DNA of 64,000 bases from Spirochaetota bacterium (GCA_023401595.1 JAEXDQ010000037.1:31701-95700), one strand, 5' to 3'. Positions 52,216 through 63,078 are shown, counted from the stretch's first letter. A program made the numbers and translations. The notes: generated by a model from the sequence alone, not told the origin.

Positions 52216-53697
52216 TCAGAAAGTGTCATCTTTTTCAGAGAAGTATCTCTGTTTTGAACTCTTTGGTTTCTCAGGAAGGCTCATTTTCAACATTCCCTGC
52301 TCTATCAATGGCTGTACAATCTGACTCATCGTGTAATACTGAGAATACCCCATAAACGTGATGATCTCTTCTCTTGAACGGGGAGTCGCGCAATATGCAA
52401 GAAGCTTTTTATCTCTATCGCCCAGTTCCAAGAGCCTGTGTTCCTTGTATGATGCGTTCTCGTTGAGAATGGAACCGTTGTACAGCGTCACCTTGAACTC
52501 ACCGTCCATGACTGAAAAAACTGGATCCGGCAGGAATGCAGCCTTCATCTCCTTTCGGATGGTAGGGATGCCGGAATAACGATTTTCCGTCTCCTTGAGG
52601 ATTTCGAGCATATTGGCTAACGCCGGGTTTCTTGTCTCCGGGTGGACTTTTCCCAGAGAGTCGATAGATATCCTGCCATAAAGCCCACCCATGTTGGAAA
52701 CTTCCATACGATCACTGAACATACAAATGGTGATGGGAGAGCCTTCGGTGTGAATGCTGTAATCGCGGTGCACGAGGGCGTTGAGGATTACCTCCCTGAC
52801 CGCCTTGATGGGCAACTCGGGTTTATCTTTCCTCTCTCCCATGTCGTTCACGATGGTTTTCACCCGCATGTTCCTCTGGACAAACGCCACAGCTCCAGAA
52901 AGCATTTCTGAGATGGTACCCGTAAGCCTTTTGTTCGCAAGGAACCGTTCTCCATCGGAGCCCGTATCCCCCATCTCGGTACCGGGCACTACCACTGCTG
53001 TGATACAAAGTTGCGGGAAATACGCCTGTGGATACTTTGAGAAAACCAGCACACCCGATAATGTCGGCAAACCTTCGGATGTAACCCCCATGAGCTCAAG
53101 AATCTCATCATCTGTGGTGTTGCTGCTCAAATTCTCTCTCTCAAGCTTCACCGCATCAAGATATTTCTTCACCAGCTCCGGCTGGAAAAAAGAGACCTTT
53201 GCCCCTTGGACAACCCGCAAATCGTCCCGAATCCTCCGTCTGAAGGCTTCGTAGGTATAAATTTCATATTCGTTCATTGGTTCGTCAGCATCACCCACGC
53301 GGACATAAGATCCTTTCCATATTCCCGATCCCTTGTAGAACACGGGACGGAATGAGACGTCCACACCGGGTACTTCCACAGCCAAAACAAACTTGCCCTC
53401 AATCTCGGCTACGGTGAACAGGGGTCTTACCTCGGGTTCCATCTGTTTGCATTGGGCAGAAACTTTTTGTTGTAAATCTTGGATATCATAGACACCAACG
53501 ACAGAAAAGCCATCCTTCTCTTTCAAGCCCAAGATGATGGTTCCACCTTCATCCTGGTTGGAGAAGCTGGAAAGACTGTCATAAAGCTTAGGACAGCCTC
53601 CACCCGCAGTCTTGATTTCGATGTCCTGCATCTCGCATTTATAGTCCTGTATCTTTTTCACCATCTCAACCAGTTTTTCTTCAATCATGGAAGCCAC
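52216..53697 (-). CDS. AlbA_2 (Schlafen-like) DNA-binding domain + HATPase_c_4 ATP-binding + C-terminal wHTH protein (RecG-like regulator annotation class)
   Basis: The N-terminus is E..IE.K...G.P..LYDSLSSFSNQDEGGTIILGL. The middle carries AVREVILNALVHRDYS, which is typical of this family. Confidence 0.65.
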   Translation of the reverse strand: MASMIEEKLVEMVKKIQDYKCEMQDIEIKTAGGGCPKLYDSLSSFSNQDEGGTIILGLKEKDGFSVVGVYDIQDLQQKVSAQCKQMEPEVRPLFTVAEIEGKFVLAVEVPGVDVSFRPVFYKGSGIWKGSYVRVGDADEPMNEYEIYTYEAFRRRIRDDLRVVQGAKVSFFQPELVKKYLDAVKLERENLSSNTTDDEILELMGVTSEGLPTLSGVLVFSKYPQAYFPQLCITAVVVPGTEMGDTGSDGERFLANKRLTGTISEMLSGAVAFVQRNMRVKTIVNDMGERKDKPELPIKAVREVILNALVHRDYSIHTEGSPITICMFSDRMEVSNMGGLYGRISIDSLGKVHPETRNPALANMLEILKETENRYSGIPTIRKEMKAAFLPDPVFSVMDGEFKVTLYNGSILNENASYKEHRLLELGDRDKKLLAYCATPRSREEIITFMGYSQYYTMSQIVQPLIEQGMLKMSLPEKPKSSKQRYFSEKDDTF

Positions 53698-54276
53698 CCC
53701 TTAGTTGATTTTCTCTAGAATACCAACTAAATTGTCAAATATCAAGAGAATAACAACACAATAGTTGGGATTCTTATTGATATTCTCCATTTCAAGTTGT
53801 AATTATACTTGTTATTTTCGATTTTGAGTTGTGATTCATTAAAAACCCACTGCCAGTGTAAGACTGCTTAAGAGAGTACTCCCTTCCCTTCTCGCTAAAG
53901 GCAGCAAGCTACACTTTCACTATTTCAAGCATTTTCTCTCTTTTCATCAACCATCTCATTCAAGATGTTTTTACAACAATGCAGAACAACTGTTCAGGTC
54001 GCCATCGAGGAGCCTCCCCTGGACGTGGGCACAAGGAACATAGAGCCTTGAGGCAACAGATGCCCCTCCCCGTCCCCGTTCTCCAGACTTTCGTTCTGGA
54101 GCCTTCCGCGCATGGCGGTGAGTACCGGATCGTTGTACAGCTTCACCAAGTGGAGTTTCCATCCACTTTTCTATGCTTTTCTCTCAGCAAATCCCCCAGA
54201 TTTCTGCACAGAGCCTTCTTTTGTTCTCTCTGCTTCTTTCCGTCACAAAGCCAACTGGCACAAACCGTCAAATGTA

Positions 54277-54306
54277 AAGAATCCCAACTATAAAGTTGGG
54301 ATTCTT
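54277..54306 (-). terminator. Perfect 13-bp hairpin downstream of the minus-strand sugar operon
   Basis: The arms aagaatcccaact and agttgggattctt flank a 4-nt loop, about 100 nt past the stop of the SDR gene. The U tract on the minus strand is weak. Confidence 0.4.
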
Positions 54307-54409
54307 CAGTTCGGGGATTGAGCGATTCATCAACAAGCACTTGAATATCAGGAAGTATACGGGCGGTTCCCCTCGCTCCTCTAGCTGACGACAAACCATG
54401 CGGCAATGC

Positions 54410-55177
54410 CTATTTCGCCGTCTTTCCTCCATCAACGACAATCGTCGTACCCGTTACAAAATTCGATGCGGCAGAAGCCAGATATAACGCAGTCCCTTTG
54501 AAGTCAGCGGGAACGGCGATTCGGCCAAGTGGATGATTTCTGATTACAGCTTCCTTCTTATCGGGATTTTGCGCATAGTATTCTGCGGTAAACTGTGTAT
54601 CTGTAGCTGTCGGAGCTATCGCATTGCAAAGAATACCGTGGGGAGCCAGCTCCAAAGCGAGGGTTTTCATGAGCATGACGACGCCAGCCTTGCTCGCGCT
54701 ATACGCACCGAAATTCACGCTGGCACGATAGGCTCCGGTAGAAACGATATAGATGATCTTACCGCCACGCCCCTGCCGTACCATCAGGTCTCCGACGGCG
54801 CGCCCGAGATAGAAAGCGCCATACAAATTCGTTGAAACGATCCTGTCCCATTCATCATCGGACATAGCCAGCAATGGCTTGCGATTTGTTATCGCCGCGC
54901 TATTGATAAAAATATCAATTGGACCGGATTTCACGGCCTCCTCAATCATCTCATCGACAGATTTGTGTGACGACACATCGCAGACAATGCCATCTGTGAA
55001 GAAGCCTTTTCGACGGCAGTCGGAGACGGCTTGCATCAGCTCGGATTCGAGGCGATCAACAAGGACTAACGAAGCGCCAGCCTCTGCCAAAGACTCCGCA
55101 CAGGCAAGCCCTATCCCACGAGCGCCGCCAGTGACCAGCGCACGTTTTCCATGAAGATCAAACAACTCCAGGCTCAT
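54410..55177 (-). CDS. SDR-family oxidoreductase (KduD/gluconate-5-dehydrogenase-like)
   Basis: It has TGGARGIG and YSASKAGV motifs. The ATG at 55177 forms an ATGA overlap with the upstream gene's stop. Confidence 0.85.
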   Translation of the reverse strand: MSLELFDLHGKRALVTGGARGIGLACAESLAEAGASLVLVDRLESELMQAVSDCRRKGFFTDGIVCDVSSHKSVDEMIEEAVKSGPIDIFINSAAITNRKPLLAMSDDEWDRIVSTNLYGAFYLGRAVGDLMVRQGRGGKIIYIVSTGAYRASVNFGAYSASKAGVVMLMKTLALELAPHGILCNAIAPTATDTQFTAEYYAQNPDKKEAVIRNHPLGRIAVPADFKGTALYLASAASNFVTGTTIVVDGGKTAK

Positions 55178-56925
55178 ACGAAATCCCCCTTCAGAAGCCC
55201 CCGTGACGCCAACCTTTCCGAAAGGTCTTTCCAAAGGCAATCCACTCGGTCAGGATCCAACAACGTATAGATGGTATGGGGATGATAATCCGTCGTAGCA
55301 TGAAAATCCCGCAAACGCCGTTCCATCTCATGCAACGTTTGAAGGAGGGCTACTACTCCGCCCTGTATCTTCAAATACTGACTTCCGTCTTTCGACTCTT
55401 CGGTCTCGCATAGATAACGGGCCGTACAAATCGCATCAGAGGCCACTTGGAACAGCTCCACATACAGAACTTGTACAGAAAGCCTGTCGCGTAACCACTG
55501 AAGCTTCTCAGTACGTAATCCAGGGCAGGCCGACCGGCCAAGACGCTCCACGGCAACGGCTTCTTCATACGCCTGCAGCTTCTCCGCCATCGCTCGTTCA
55601 AGCCTCAGAAAACGGGGAGAAAGAACTTCCCGTTTCGATTCATCCCAATCCCGTAATGAGTTTTTTTCCTCCGCCAGCCAGAACGCATGCTCATAACTGA
55701 TGGGCATCAGGCTTGAATCCGAAAACACACATCCATCAATGAACACCGTCTTGCGAGTAATCGCCCATGTCCGAGACATGATATCGGAGAACCAAACGCA
55801 AGCCTGCCGCCGTTCAACAGCCGTCGCCCGTTCCTGATACCATCCTTCGCGAGAAAGGAAACGGTCATATATCTCCTCAGCCGAAACAGATAGATCGACG
55901 GACAGGCGTCCCGCAGAATACAGGTTCATCAGATTCGGAGTTCGGAAAACAGTGTGGCCATCAAGACTTTCCCAATCCGTCCGGAAAATCACACCGTCCG
56001 CCCCCTTCTCCTTCGAGTGCCGCATACGCCGCCTATAGTCTTCCATCAAATCGGCAATCCCAATACCCCAGCCAAAGTATTGGCCCATGGCGTCGAACTC
56101 AATCCATTGTTCATGCTCCCCGACATCGCCGATACGTGAATTTTCCGGAAAGGTCGGGTAATAATCATGGGGAGTGTTCTTCAAAGAAATCACGACATCG
56201 GAAGGAAGCTGTTCCATCACATGTGAAATTTCAGCGTGAGCCTGGGGATCAAACACAAAATCCCTGACTACCAGCCGCTTGCCTGCGGCATGAATGGGCT
56301 CGTACATCGCATCCAGCAGGTTTTTGAACCATACTTCCTTCGGCGTATTTCGACAACGTTCACATGTACAACGGTTTGATTTGATCGATACCTTGCTTTC
56401 ACCGGTCGCCGGTGCGGTAATGATACCCGCCACCTCGGGGAATTCTTCAAAGAATTCTTTGAATTTCACCCGCGTGAACTCAAACCAGAATGGATCATTC
56501 GCACAGATTTTCCCTTCCTTCACTAATTCGGGATGGAACTCCAAAATGATTTCTGGAAAATAAAGCTCCTTGTTCTCAATGTAGACTTGAATCCCACGGC
56601 GACGGGCCTGTTCAAGCACCCGTTTGAAAAATGCCCGCCGTTGGTAAGGACTGGATCGCCGGGTCGGAGTATATTTGTACAAGGAACGGAAAATTTCTTT
56701 ATATCGTTCAAATATGGAAGCATAAGATTCTTTCTCGCAACCGAAATATTTGCCGGGATAGATAATCAAATCGATAAAATCGTTCCGATGAAGTATTAGC
56801 GTATTGAAATTTTCCTGTACCATGAAGTCCAGACAACGTATGATCCAATCGTAATCCCAGGCATACAGGCTATGCAGTTCGAGCGCTCTGACGGCGAATT
56901 CGCAACTTTCTTCATTTTGTTTCAT
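55174..56925 (-). CDS. Hypothetical protein in the sugar-utilisation operon (possible glycoside-hydrolase-like enzyme)
   Basis: This 583-aa ORF starts at ATG 56925, just after the permease stop. I recognise no firm family. Confidence 0.5.
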   Translation of the reverse strand: MKQNEESCEFAVRALELHSLYAWDYDWIIRCLDFMVQENFNTLILHRNDFIDLIIYPGKYFGCEKESYASIFERYKEIFRSLYKYTPTRRSSPYQRRAFFKRVLEQARRRGIQVYIENKELYFPEIILEFHPELVKEGKICANDPFWFEFTRVKFKEFFEEFPEVAGIITAPATGESKVSIKSNRCTCERCRNTPKEVWFKNLLDAMYEPIHAAGKRLVVRDFVFDPQAHAEISHVMEQLPSDVVISLKNTPHDYYPTFPENSRIGDVGEHEQWIEFDAMGQYFGWGIGIADLMEDYRRRMRHSKEKGADGVIFRTDWESLDGHTVFRTPNLMNLYSAGRLSVDLSVSAEEIYDRFLSREGWYQERATAVERRQACVWFSDIMSRTWAITRKTVFIDGCVFSDSSLMPISYEHAFWLAEEKNSLRDWDESKREVLSPRFLRLERAMAEKLQAYEEAVAVERLGRSACPGLRTEKLQWLRDRLSVQVLYVELFQVASDAICTARYLCETEESKDGSQYLKIQGGVVALLQTLHEMERRLRDFHATTDYHPHTIYTLLDPDRVDCLWKDLSERLASRGLLKGDFV

Positions 56926-56930
56926 GGACT

Positions 56931-57815
56931 TTACCCCTTCAACCCAGTAGTGGAAACACCCTCTACAAAGTACTTTTGTGTAAAGAAGAACAAAATAACT
57001 GGAGGAAGCATCGACAGAACCGACATCGCGATTGTCTGATTCCATGCTATCGTATCGGTGACATCCAACGACATCCTCAATGCAAGCGACAATGTATACT
57101 TCTTTACACTGCTGATATAAATCAACGCATTGAGGAAATCATTCCACCGCCAGACGAATTGGAAGATGGTGACAGATATCAATGAAGGGACGCACAACGG
57201 AGTAACGATAAGCGTCAAGATTTTGAAACTGTTGCAGCCATCGATTCTAGCCGATTCGTCAAGCTCTCGGGGAATTGAACGTATATACTGGACCAACATG
57301 AAAATAAAGAATGAATATGTCGCAAACGCCGCCGGAATGATAAATGGAAGATATGTATTGAGCCATCCGAGTTTGTTGAACACCATGTATCGGGGAATGA
57401 TGACCACTTCGTTGGGCAGCATCAACGACGCGATGACCAAGGCGAACAACACCTTCTTCCCTCTGAACTTGAAACGTGCGAACCCATAGGCCACCAGCAG
57501 GCTGGATACAAGGGTAAACAAAACGGTAGGTACTACCATCAGGAATGTATTGACGAAGAACAGGCTGAACGAATATTGTCCACTTCCTTTCCAGCCATCG
57601 GTATATCCATTCCACAACACCTCTTTCGGTATCAAAGAAATGGAACTGAAAATCTCGTTATTGGTCTTGAAGGAGGCCGAAACCATCCACAACAACGGAT
57701 AGACCATGACGATCCCAATGATTGACAGGAACGTATAGCACAGAAAACGTCTTATGATTTTCTTCGTCCTTGCTCCAGCGAGTCTTTTTTCAATCGTGGT
57801 CGGAAAAGTCGGCAT
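56931..57815 (-). CDS. Carbohydrate ABC transporter permease (MalG-like)
   Basis: It has six TM-like segments and the EAA-type loop LDESARIDGCNSFKILTLIVTPL. Confidence 0.85.
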   Translation of the reverse strand: MPTFPTTIEKRLAGARTKKIIRRFLCYTFLSIIGIVMVYPLLWMVSASFKTNNEIFSSISLIPKEVLWNGYTDGWKGSGQYSFSLFFVNTFLMVVPTVLFTLVSSLLVAYGFARFKFRGKKVLFALVIASLMLPNEVVIIPRYMVFNKLGWLNTYLPFIIPAAFATYSFFIFMLVQYIRSIPRELDESARIDGCNSFKILTLIVTPLCVPSLISVTIFQFVWRWNDFLNALIYISSVKKYTLSLALRMSLDVTDTIAWNQTIAMSVLSMLPPVILFFFTQKYFVEGVSTTGLKG

Positions 57816-58723
57816 CAGAAATCACCCCCATCTTCATAGAATGTCCAGTATGGCGATGACTTGAACGTCAGCGCTGTGAAAATCATGATAATCGCGAACA
57901 ATACCCAGGACTGCGCGGAAGCATACCCCATCTTCAAAAACTTGAAGGCGTTCTCGTACAACATGATTCCATACAGGTACGTGCTGTTGAGCGGGCCTCC
58001 CTGAGTAATCAGGTACGGTGCGTTGAATTCTTTGAATGCGTTGATCATCTGCATGATCAGGTTGAAGAATATGACTGGAGACAACATGGGCAGCGTGATT
58101 TTGAAAAATGAACGAACCTTGCCGGCTCCATCGACCTTTGCGGCTTCATACAGCTCGTTCGGAATATTTTTCAGACCAGCGAGGAACAACACCATGGAGG
58201 AGCCGAACTGCCAGATGACCAGCAATCCCATGGTCCCCAACGCAAGGTTCGGATTTCCCAGCCAATCAATTGCAGGAATATGAATCAGAGCCAAAGCGGA
58301 ATTTACGGTACCATCCTTGCTGAACAGGAATTTCCACAGAATTGAAATTGCAACGGAACCGCCCAGAATCGAAGGAAGATAATAGATGGTACGAAAGAAA
58401 TTGATGAACTTGATCTTCATGTTGAGAATCAACGCAATGAACAAAGCAAAAATGAGCTTGCCAGGCACTGCCATCAACACATAGATCATGGTGGCTTTCA
58501 AGGACTTCCAGAACAACCTGTCCGACGTGAACATCCGTTCATAGTTGGCAAGCCCGACAAATTTCATAGGCTTGAGAATCGAGAAATCCGTGAAGGAATA
58601 GATGAACGATGCTATAAACGGATAGAGCTGGAATCCAACAAACCCGATAATCCATGGCAATATATAAAGATACGCTACTTTCTGATGGGCTGGATCGTAG
58701 TGTTTCAGACGTTTGTGATTCAT
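57815..58723 (-). CDS. Carbohydrate ABC transporter permease (MalF-like)
   Basis: It has the EAA loop LYEAAKVDGAGKVRSFFKITLPMLSP. Confidence 0.85.
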   Translation of the reverse strand: MNHKRLKHYDPAHQKVAYLYILPWIIGFVGFQLYPFIASFIYSFTDFSILKPMKFVGLANYERMFTSDRLFWKSLKATMIYVLMAVPGKLIFALFIALILNMKIKFINFFRTIYYLPSILGGSVAISILWKFLFSKDGTVNSALALIHIPAIDWLGNPNLALGTMGLLVIWQFGSSMVLFLAGLKNIPNELYEAAKVDGAGKVRSFFKITLPMLSPVIFFNLIMQMINAFKEFNAPYLITQGGPLNSTYLYGIMLYENAFKFLKMGYASAQSWVLFAIIMIFTALTFKSSPYWTFYEDGGDF

Positions 58724-58866
58724 ATTTCTCTACTCCTTTCATAGCCAGGTGGCAAGAGTTTCCCAGACTGGCATCCATGAGCCAGCCTGGAAAACAGGGG
58801 TGTAACGTTGTACGTGGGATACGGGTGATGTGCGACTTTATACGCAACACCCCGAAATCATCATCC

Positions 58867-60201
58867 TTACTGAATCGTTTTGACCAATGCGGACAATTCT
58901 TTGATAAATCCGTCGGTCGCCTGCTCCGGAGTCATCTTTCCATATCCAATCTGCTGGACATAGTCTTTGATCAGCGCAATGACTTCAGGATTCAAGCTGG
59001 GGCCGTTTTCTGCGACACCAGCGCCAGAAAGAGCCTGGGATACCATATCCGAGACTTGCTGAGGAATGACCTTCGCCTCGACAAGCTGATCCTTGGCTTT
59101 CGAGTTGCAAGGAATTCCCCGCGTATCCTTCAAAATCGCAATCGCTTCGGGATCGTTCAACATGAAGTTGATGAAATCAGCCGCGACATCAGCATGTTTG
59201 GACTCCTTGTAGACGGTCAAGAACATGGATGGAGTGACAAGAATTCCGGGGTCCTCAGCAGCTTCCATGATGGGGTACCTGAATGTCGCCAAATCGAAGT
59301 TGCTGGCATTGTCGATGCCGGGAATCAAGGATGAGGAAGTCGGGAACACGCCAAAATTCTGGTTCAACCAGTTGGGGTTCTGGTCGGCGTAGACATTTTC
59401 GTACAGCACGCCCTCATTGAACGGAGGAACGGTCTTGGTATCGACAAGCTCCTTGACATATGTAAACACCTGCAACAAATCCTCTCTAGTGAATCCCAAA
59501 GAATAGTCGTCCTTGATCAATGTCGTACCAGTGAGCTGCTTGAGCATGGTCTTTACCATATACATCCAATGCTCGGCATTGTTGTACAGCAAGTATTTGG
59601 AACTGTCCTGAGCATTCACCTTTTTTCCGTTTTCAATTACAGTCCGCCAAGTCCATTCATTCGAAGGAGTGATTCCAAATTTCTTAAGGAATTCAACATT
59701 GTACAGATACCCCATACCGTTCACGCCGACAGGCAAACCAATCAGATAGTCTTCGTTTCCACCGTAGATTTTGGCGAAGCCCATGTCAAAGCCGCTCATG
59801 TCGATATAGTCGCCCAAGGTATACATGTTGATAAACTGACTGCCCTGGTTCATGAGATCACTTACCCATTTGTAGTCGACGGTAATGATATCGGGAGCGG
59901 TCTTTCCAGCCAGCTGCGTCAGCAGCTTTTGATAATAATCGCCGAAGGCTCCATATTCACCTTCAATCGTAACATTCGGATGCTTTTGCTGATACAGCTT
60001 AATGACTTCCAAGGTAGCCTGATGTCTTGTATTGGAGCCCCACCAAGAAAAACGCAACGTTACTTTTTCATCGGACGACGTCTTGGCTATCGTGGAAGTC
60101 TTCCCCGCCTCCACAGGGGCGGGCTCTTTCGCTCCAGCGGCGAAAATTCCCTGAGCCAAAACCACAATGAGCAAACAGACAAGCAGTAGATGTTTTTTCA
60201 T
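58867..60201 (-). CDS. Carbohydrate ABC transporter extracellular solute-binding protein
   Basis: It has a signal peptide, is 444 aa long, and carries a WWGS-type motif (FSWWGSNTRH). Confidence 0.85.
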   Translation of the reverse strand: MKKHLLLVCLLIVVLAQGIFAAGAKEPAPVEAGKTSTIAKTSSDEKVTLRFSWWGSNTRHQATLEVIKLYQQKHPNVTIEGEYGAFGDYYQKLLTQLAGKTAPDIITVDYKWVSDLMNQGSQFINMYTLGDYIDMSGFDMGFAKIYGGNEDYLIGLPVGVNGMGYLYNVEFLKKFGITPSNEWTWRTVIENGKKVNAQDSSKYLLYNNAEHWMYMVKTMLKQLTGTTLIKDDYSLGFTREDLLQVFTYVKELVDTKTVPPFNEGVLYENVYADQNPNWLNQNFGVFPTSSSLIPGIDNASNFDLATFRYPIMEAAEDPGILVTPSMFLTVYKESKHADVAADFINFMLNDPEAIAILKDTRGIPCNSKAKDQLVEAKVIPQQVSDMVSQALSGAGVAENGPSLNPEVIALIKDYVQQIGYGKMTPEQATDGFIKELSALVKTIQ

Positions 60202-60477
60202 ACAATCTCCTTTTGTGAAAAATGTGACCTTCTTGGCTTTGAGGATATCATGCGTCTTTCAAATGTCCGTAGCGTGAAGACTTTAGATTTCCAACACATT
60301 AGTTCATATCATTGTACAATACTTTTGAAATGTGAAATATTGCATCAAATATATTCAATATTTATTGTCAACCTAAATAATTGTTCATTACCGCTCCCTA
60401 TGATTTCCACGTAAGGAGTTTTTTCTTGAAAATTAAAATAGACCGCTATATGCTGACACAGACGGGGAGATTAATAC

Positions 60478-61227
60478 ATGCTTGATTTGGTCATCGTCGA
60501 CGATGAATATGAAATCCGTAACGGACTTCAGAATTATTTTCCATGGGGAGAGTTAGGTTTCGTTGTAAGGGGAGTCTTTGCCAATGGGACGGATGCGTTG
60601 GATTTCATAACCGGCAATGAGGTAGACGTCATTCTCACCGACATCAAAATGCCGGGGATCAGCGGCTTGGATTTGATACAGGAATTGATTGATACAAAAC
60701 CGACGCTACGTTGCGTCGTGATAAGCGGCTTCCGTGACTTTGAATATGCAAAACGCTGCATGGCGCTTGGCGTCAAGGACTATATCGTCAAACCGACGAA
60801 ATATGAAGAGCTCAAACAGGTCTTCACCAAAATCGCAGAAGAGCTGAACAGCATAAAGACGACGGCCGATTCCACCTTGAATCAGGAGGGCTCCGGGAAC
60901 AAAGTTATTGGGCAAGTGAAAAAATACATCACCCAGAACCTGAGGAATGCTTCATTGGAGAGCGCGGCATACCATGTAGGTCTCAATCCATACTACCTGA
61001 GTTCCTTGTTCCATCAGCAGACAAATGAAAAATTTTATGACTATCTTTTGAGAATCAGGATGGAGACCGCAAAAGATCTGTTGATAGGCGGGCCTCTGCC
61101 GATACAGGAAATCAGTAGGCGAACCGGGTACATGAACGCGAATAGTTTCTCAAGGGCGTTCAGAATATTCTACGGCACCAGTCCCAAAGAATTCAGAAAC
61201 AGGCAACACATGGACACGAATCCTTAG
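60478..61227 (+). CDS. Response regulator with AraC-type HTH output (YesN-like)
   Basis: It has a receiver domain (VDDE.., ILTDIKMPGISGLDL, KP) and a C-terminal AraC HTH. Confidence 0.85.
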   Translation: MLDLVIVDDEYEIRNGLQNYFPWGELGFVVRGVFANGTDALDFITGNEVDVILTDIKMPGISGLDLIQELIDTKPTLRCVVISGFRDFEYAKRCMALGVKDYIVKPTKYEELKQVFTKIAEELNSIKTTADSTLNQEGSGNKVIGQVKKYITQNLRNASLESAAYHVGLNPYYLSSLFHQQTNEKFYDYLLRIRMETAKDLLIGGPLPIQEISRRTGYMNANSFSRAFRIFYGTSPKEFRNRQHMDTNP

Positions 61228-61239
61228 GAAAGCCAATAT

Positions 61240-63078
61240 ATGAAACCATCGCATGAACGAACGGACAGGATACAGGATGTCTTCACATCCATGAAGCGGA
61301 AATTCTTTGTCAAAAACATGCTCTTGTTCATCCTGCCCATGCTCATTCCATTGTTGCTGATCGGTTCCGTATCGATATGGATGCTCACCACCTATGTAAA
61401 AACAGAAATAGACCGTCGGAACATGGAGCAATTGTCAGCAAACGCAGCAACTATCGATTCCATGATCAGTGAACTGGAACGACTCAACATTACGTTGAGC
61501 GCGAATCCTTCGGTCCGTCTCAGGCTCAAGAACGTCATATTGAAAATGGAAACGGAACAAGGCATTCCGGCCCAGGACTATGAAGTCGTGAACACTATCG
61601 TGGACCTGCTTTATGGCTCAGCCAGTTTCAATCCGAACATAGCCTCGCTCTATGTCTATTTCAACAATGACAGCGGATGGTTCATTTCCAGTTCCAATCG
61701 TTTTTCCAATCTTGATTTTTTCTTCGACACTTCGTGGATGCGAAGTTATCAAGAGCACATCAATCGTCCCGAGCGATACTGGTTTGAATTCCGAACTATC
61801 GACAACTACCTGTTCCAAACCGGTACGTCAGCGAAGGTCCTGACTATCTACCACAAAATATATTCCTCCGGAAAACAAGAACCGGATGGGATACTGGTTC
61901 TCAATGTCATGGAAAATCAGCTGAACAAGGCCCTGGCAAAGCTGCTCAACGGGGACAATGAGCGATTGTTCGTCCTAGACGCCAACGGACAGGTTGTGTT
62001 CCAGAGCCATTTGGACTCCAGCCCCCCAGCTGTTCTCGAACCTGGAACACATGGTTCAGAGTCGGTGAATTCGTATACCGCGGCATCCGGCGCTTATCGT
62101 AGCTACCAGTTGCCATCATCGTTGTATGACTGGCAGTATCTCTACCTCGTGCCCAAAACGGAAACCTACGCCGTACCGGATATGTTGATCCGGTTGGTCC
62201 TTGCCGTCTGTGTCATAGCGGGTTTGTTCGGCCTGTTCGTCGCATATCTGCTGGCGGTTCGGAATTACGGGCAAATCATTGAGCTGGTCAACGTCATCCA
62301 GCTGGCAAAGGATGGCAAAGAAATCCCCGCTATTTCAAATACCCAAGGCGATCTGTTTCATTATGTCATGCAGAATGTCATCCGGTCGTTCATCCAGATA
62401 GATTATCTTCAGGTGCAGTTGTCGGAGCGAAAGTATTATGCGAAGACCCTGGAGCTGCTTGCCTTGCAGTCCCAGCTGAACCCCCATTTCCTGTACAATA
62501 CCATACAGACAATCCTATGGAAGACCATCGCCTTGACACAAGGTCCAAATCAAGCCTCAGACATGATGGAGCGCCTTTCCGATGTCCTGCACTATGCATT
62601 GGATGATCACGGGAGCATGGCGCTTCTGTACGATGAAATACGTATCACCAACTCCTATATCGATATCCAGAAAGCCAGATATCGGAATCAATTTGATGTA
62701 TCCTGGGATATTTCGGATGTCGATCCAAACATTCGTGTTGCGAAATTGATGCTGCAACCACTCATAGAAAACGCCATCTACCATGGAATCAGGGAGAAAA
62801 AAACAAATTCCTCCATTCGTATTTCATTCACCATGAAAACGTTGACGCAGATGCGGATTCGGATTATCGACGATGGACTGGGGACATCGCCACAGAACCT
62901 GAAGGAAATCCGGAAACGGCTTGCGTCAAACAAACGGGAGCCATCCGAGCATATCGGACTTGTGAACACTGCAAAACGGTTGCAACTTCTCTATGGTGGA
63001 CAAGCGTCGCTATTTATCTGTAGCAGGCAGAACCATGGTACCATCATAACGATATTGTTACCTGTGGGGAAAGATTAA
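61240..63078 (+). CDS. Sensor histidine kinase (YesM-like, His_kinase + HATPase_c)
   Basis: It has two TM segments, the H-box LQSQLNPHFLYNT, and an N-box (QPLIENAIYHG). Confidence 0.85.
   Translation: MKPSHERTDRIQDVFTSMKRKFFVKNMLLFILPMLIPLLLIGSVSIWMLTTYVKTEIDRRNMEQLSANAATIDSMISELERLNITLSANPSVRLRLKNVILKMETEQGIPAQDYEVVNTIVDLLYGSASFNPNIASLYVYFNNDSGWFISSSNRFSNLDFFFDTSWMRSYQEHINRPERYWFEFRTIDNYLFQTGTSAKVLTIYHKIYSSGKQEPDGILVLNVMENQLNKALAKLLNGDNERLFVLDANGQVVFQSHLDSSPPAVLEPGTHGSESVNSYTAASGAYRSYQLPSSLYDWQYLYLVPKTETYAVPDMLIRLVLAVCVIAGLFGLFVAYLLAVRNYGQIIELVNVIQLAKDGKEIPAISNTQGDLFHYVMQNVIRSFIQIDYLQVQLSERKYYAKTLELLALQSQLNPHFLYNTIQTILWKTIALTQGPNQASDMMERLSDVLHYALDDHGSMALLYDEIRITNSYIDIQKARYRNQFDVSWDISDVDPNIRVAKLMLQPLIENAIYHGIREKKTNSSIRISFTMKTLTQMRIRIIDDGLGTSPQNLKEIRKRLASNKREPSEHIGLVNTAKRLQLLYGGQASLFICSRQNHGTIITILLPVGKD

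Noticed and set aside
53979-54406. ORFs 53979-54293 +, 54112-54321 + and 54143-54406 -, in the 700-bp gap.
   Set aside because: They overlap one another, have low-complexity translations with no motifs or SD, and one spans the terminator hairpin.
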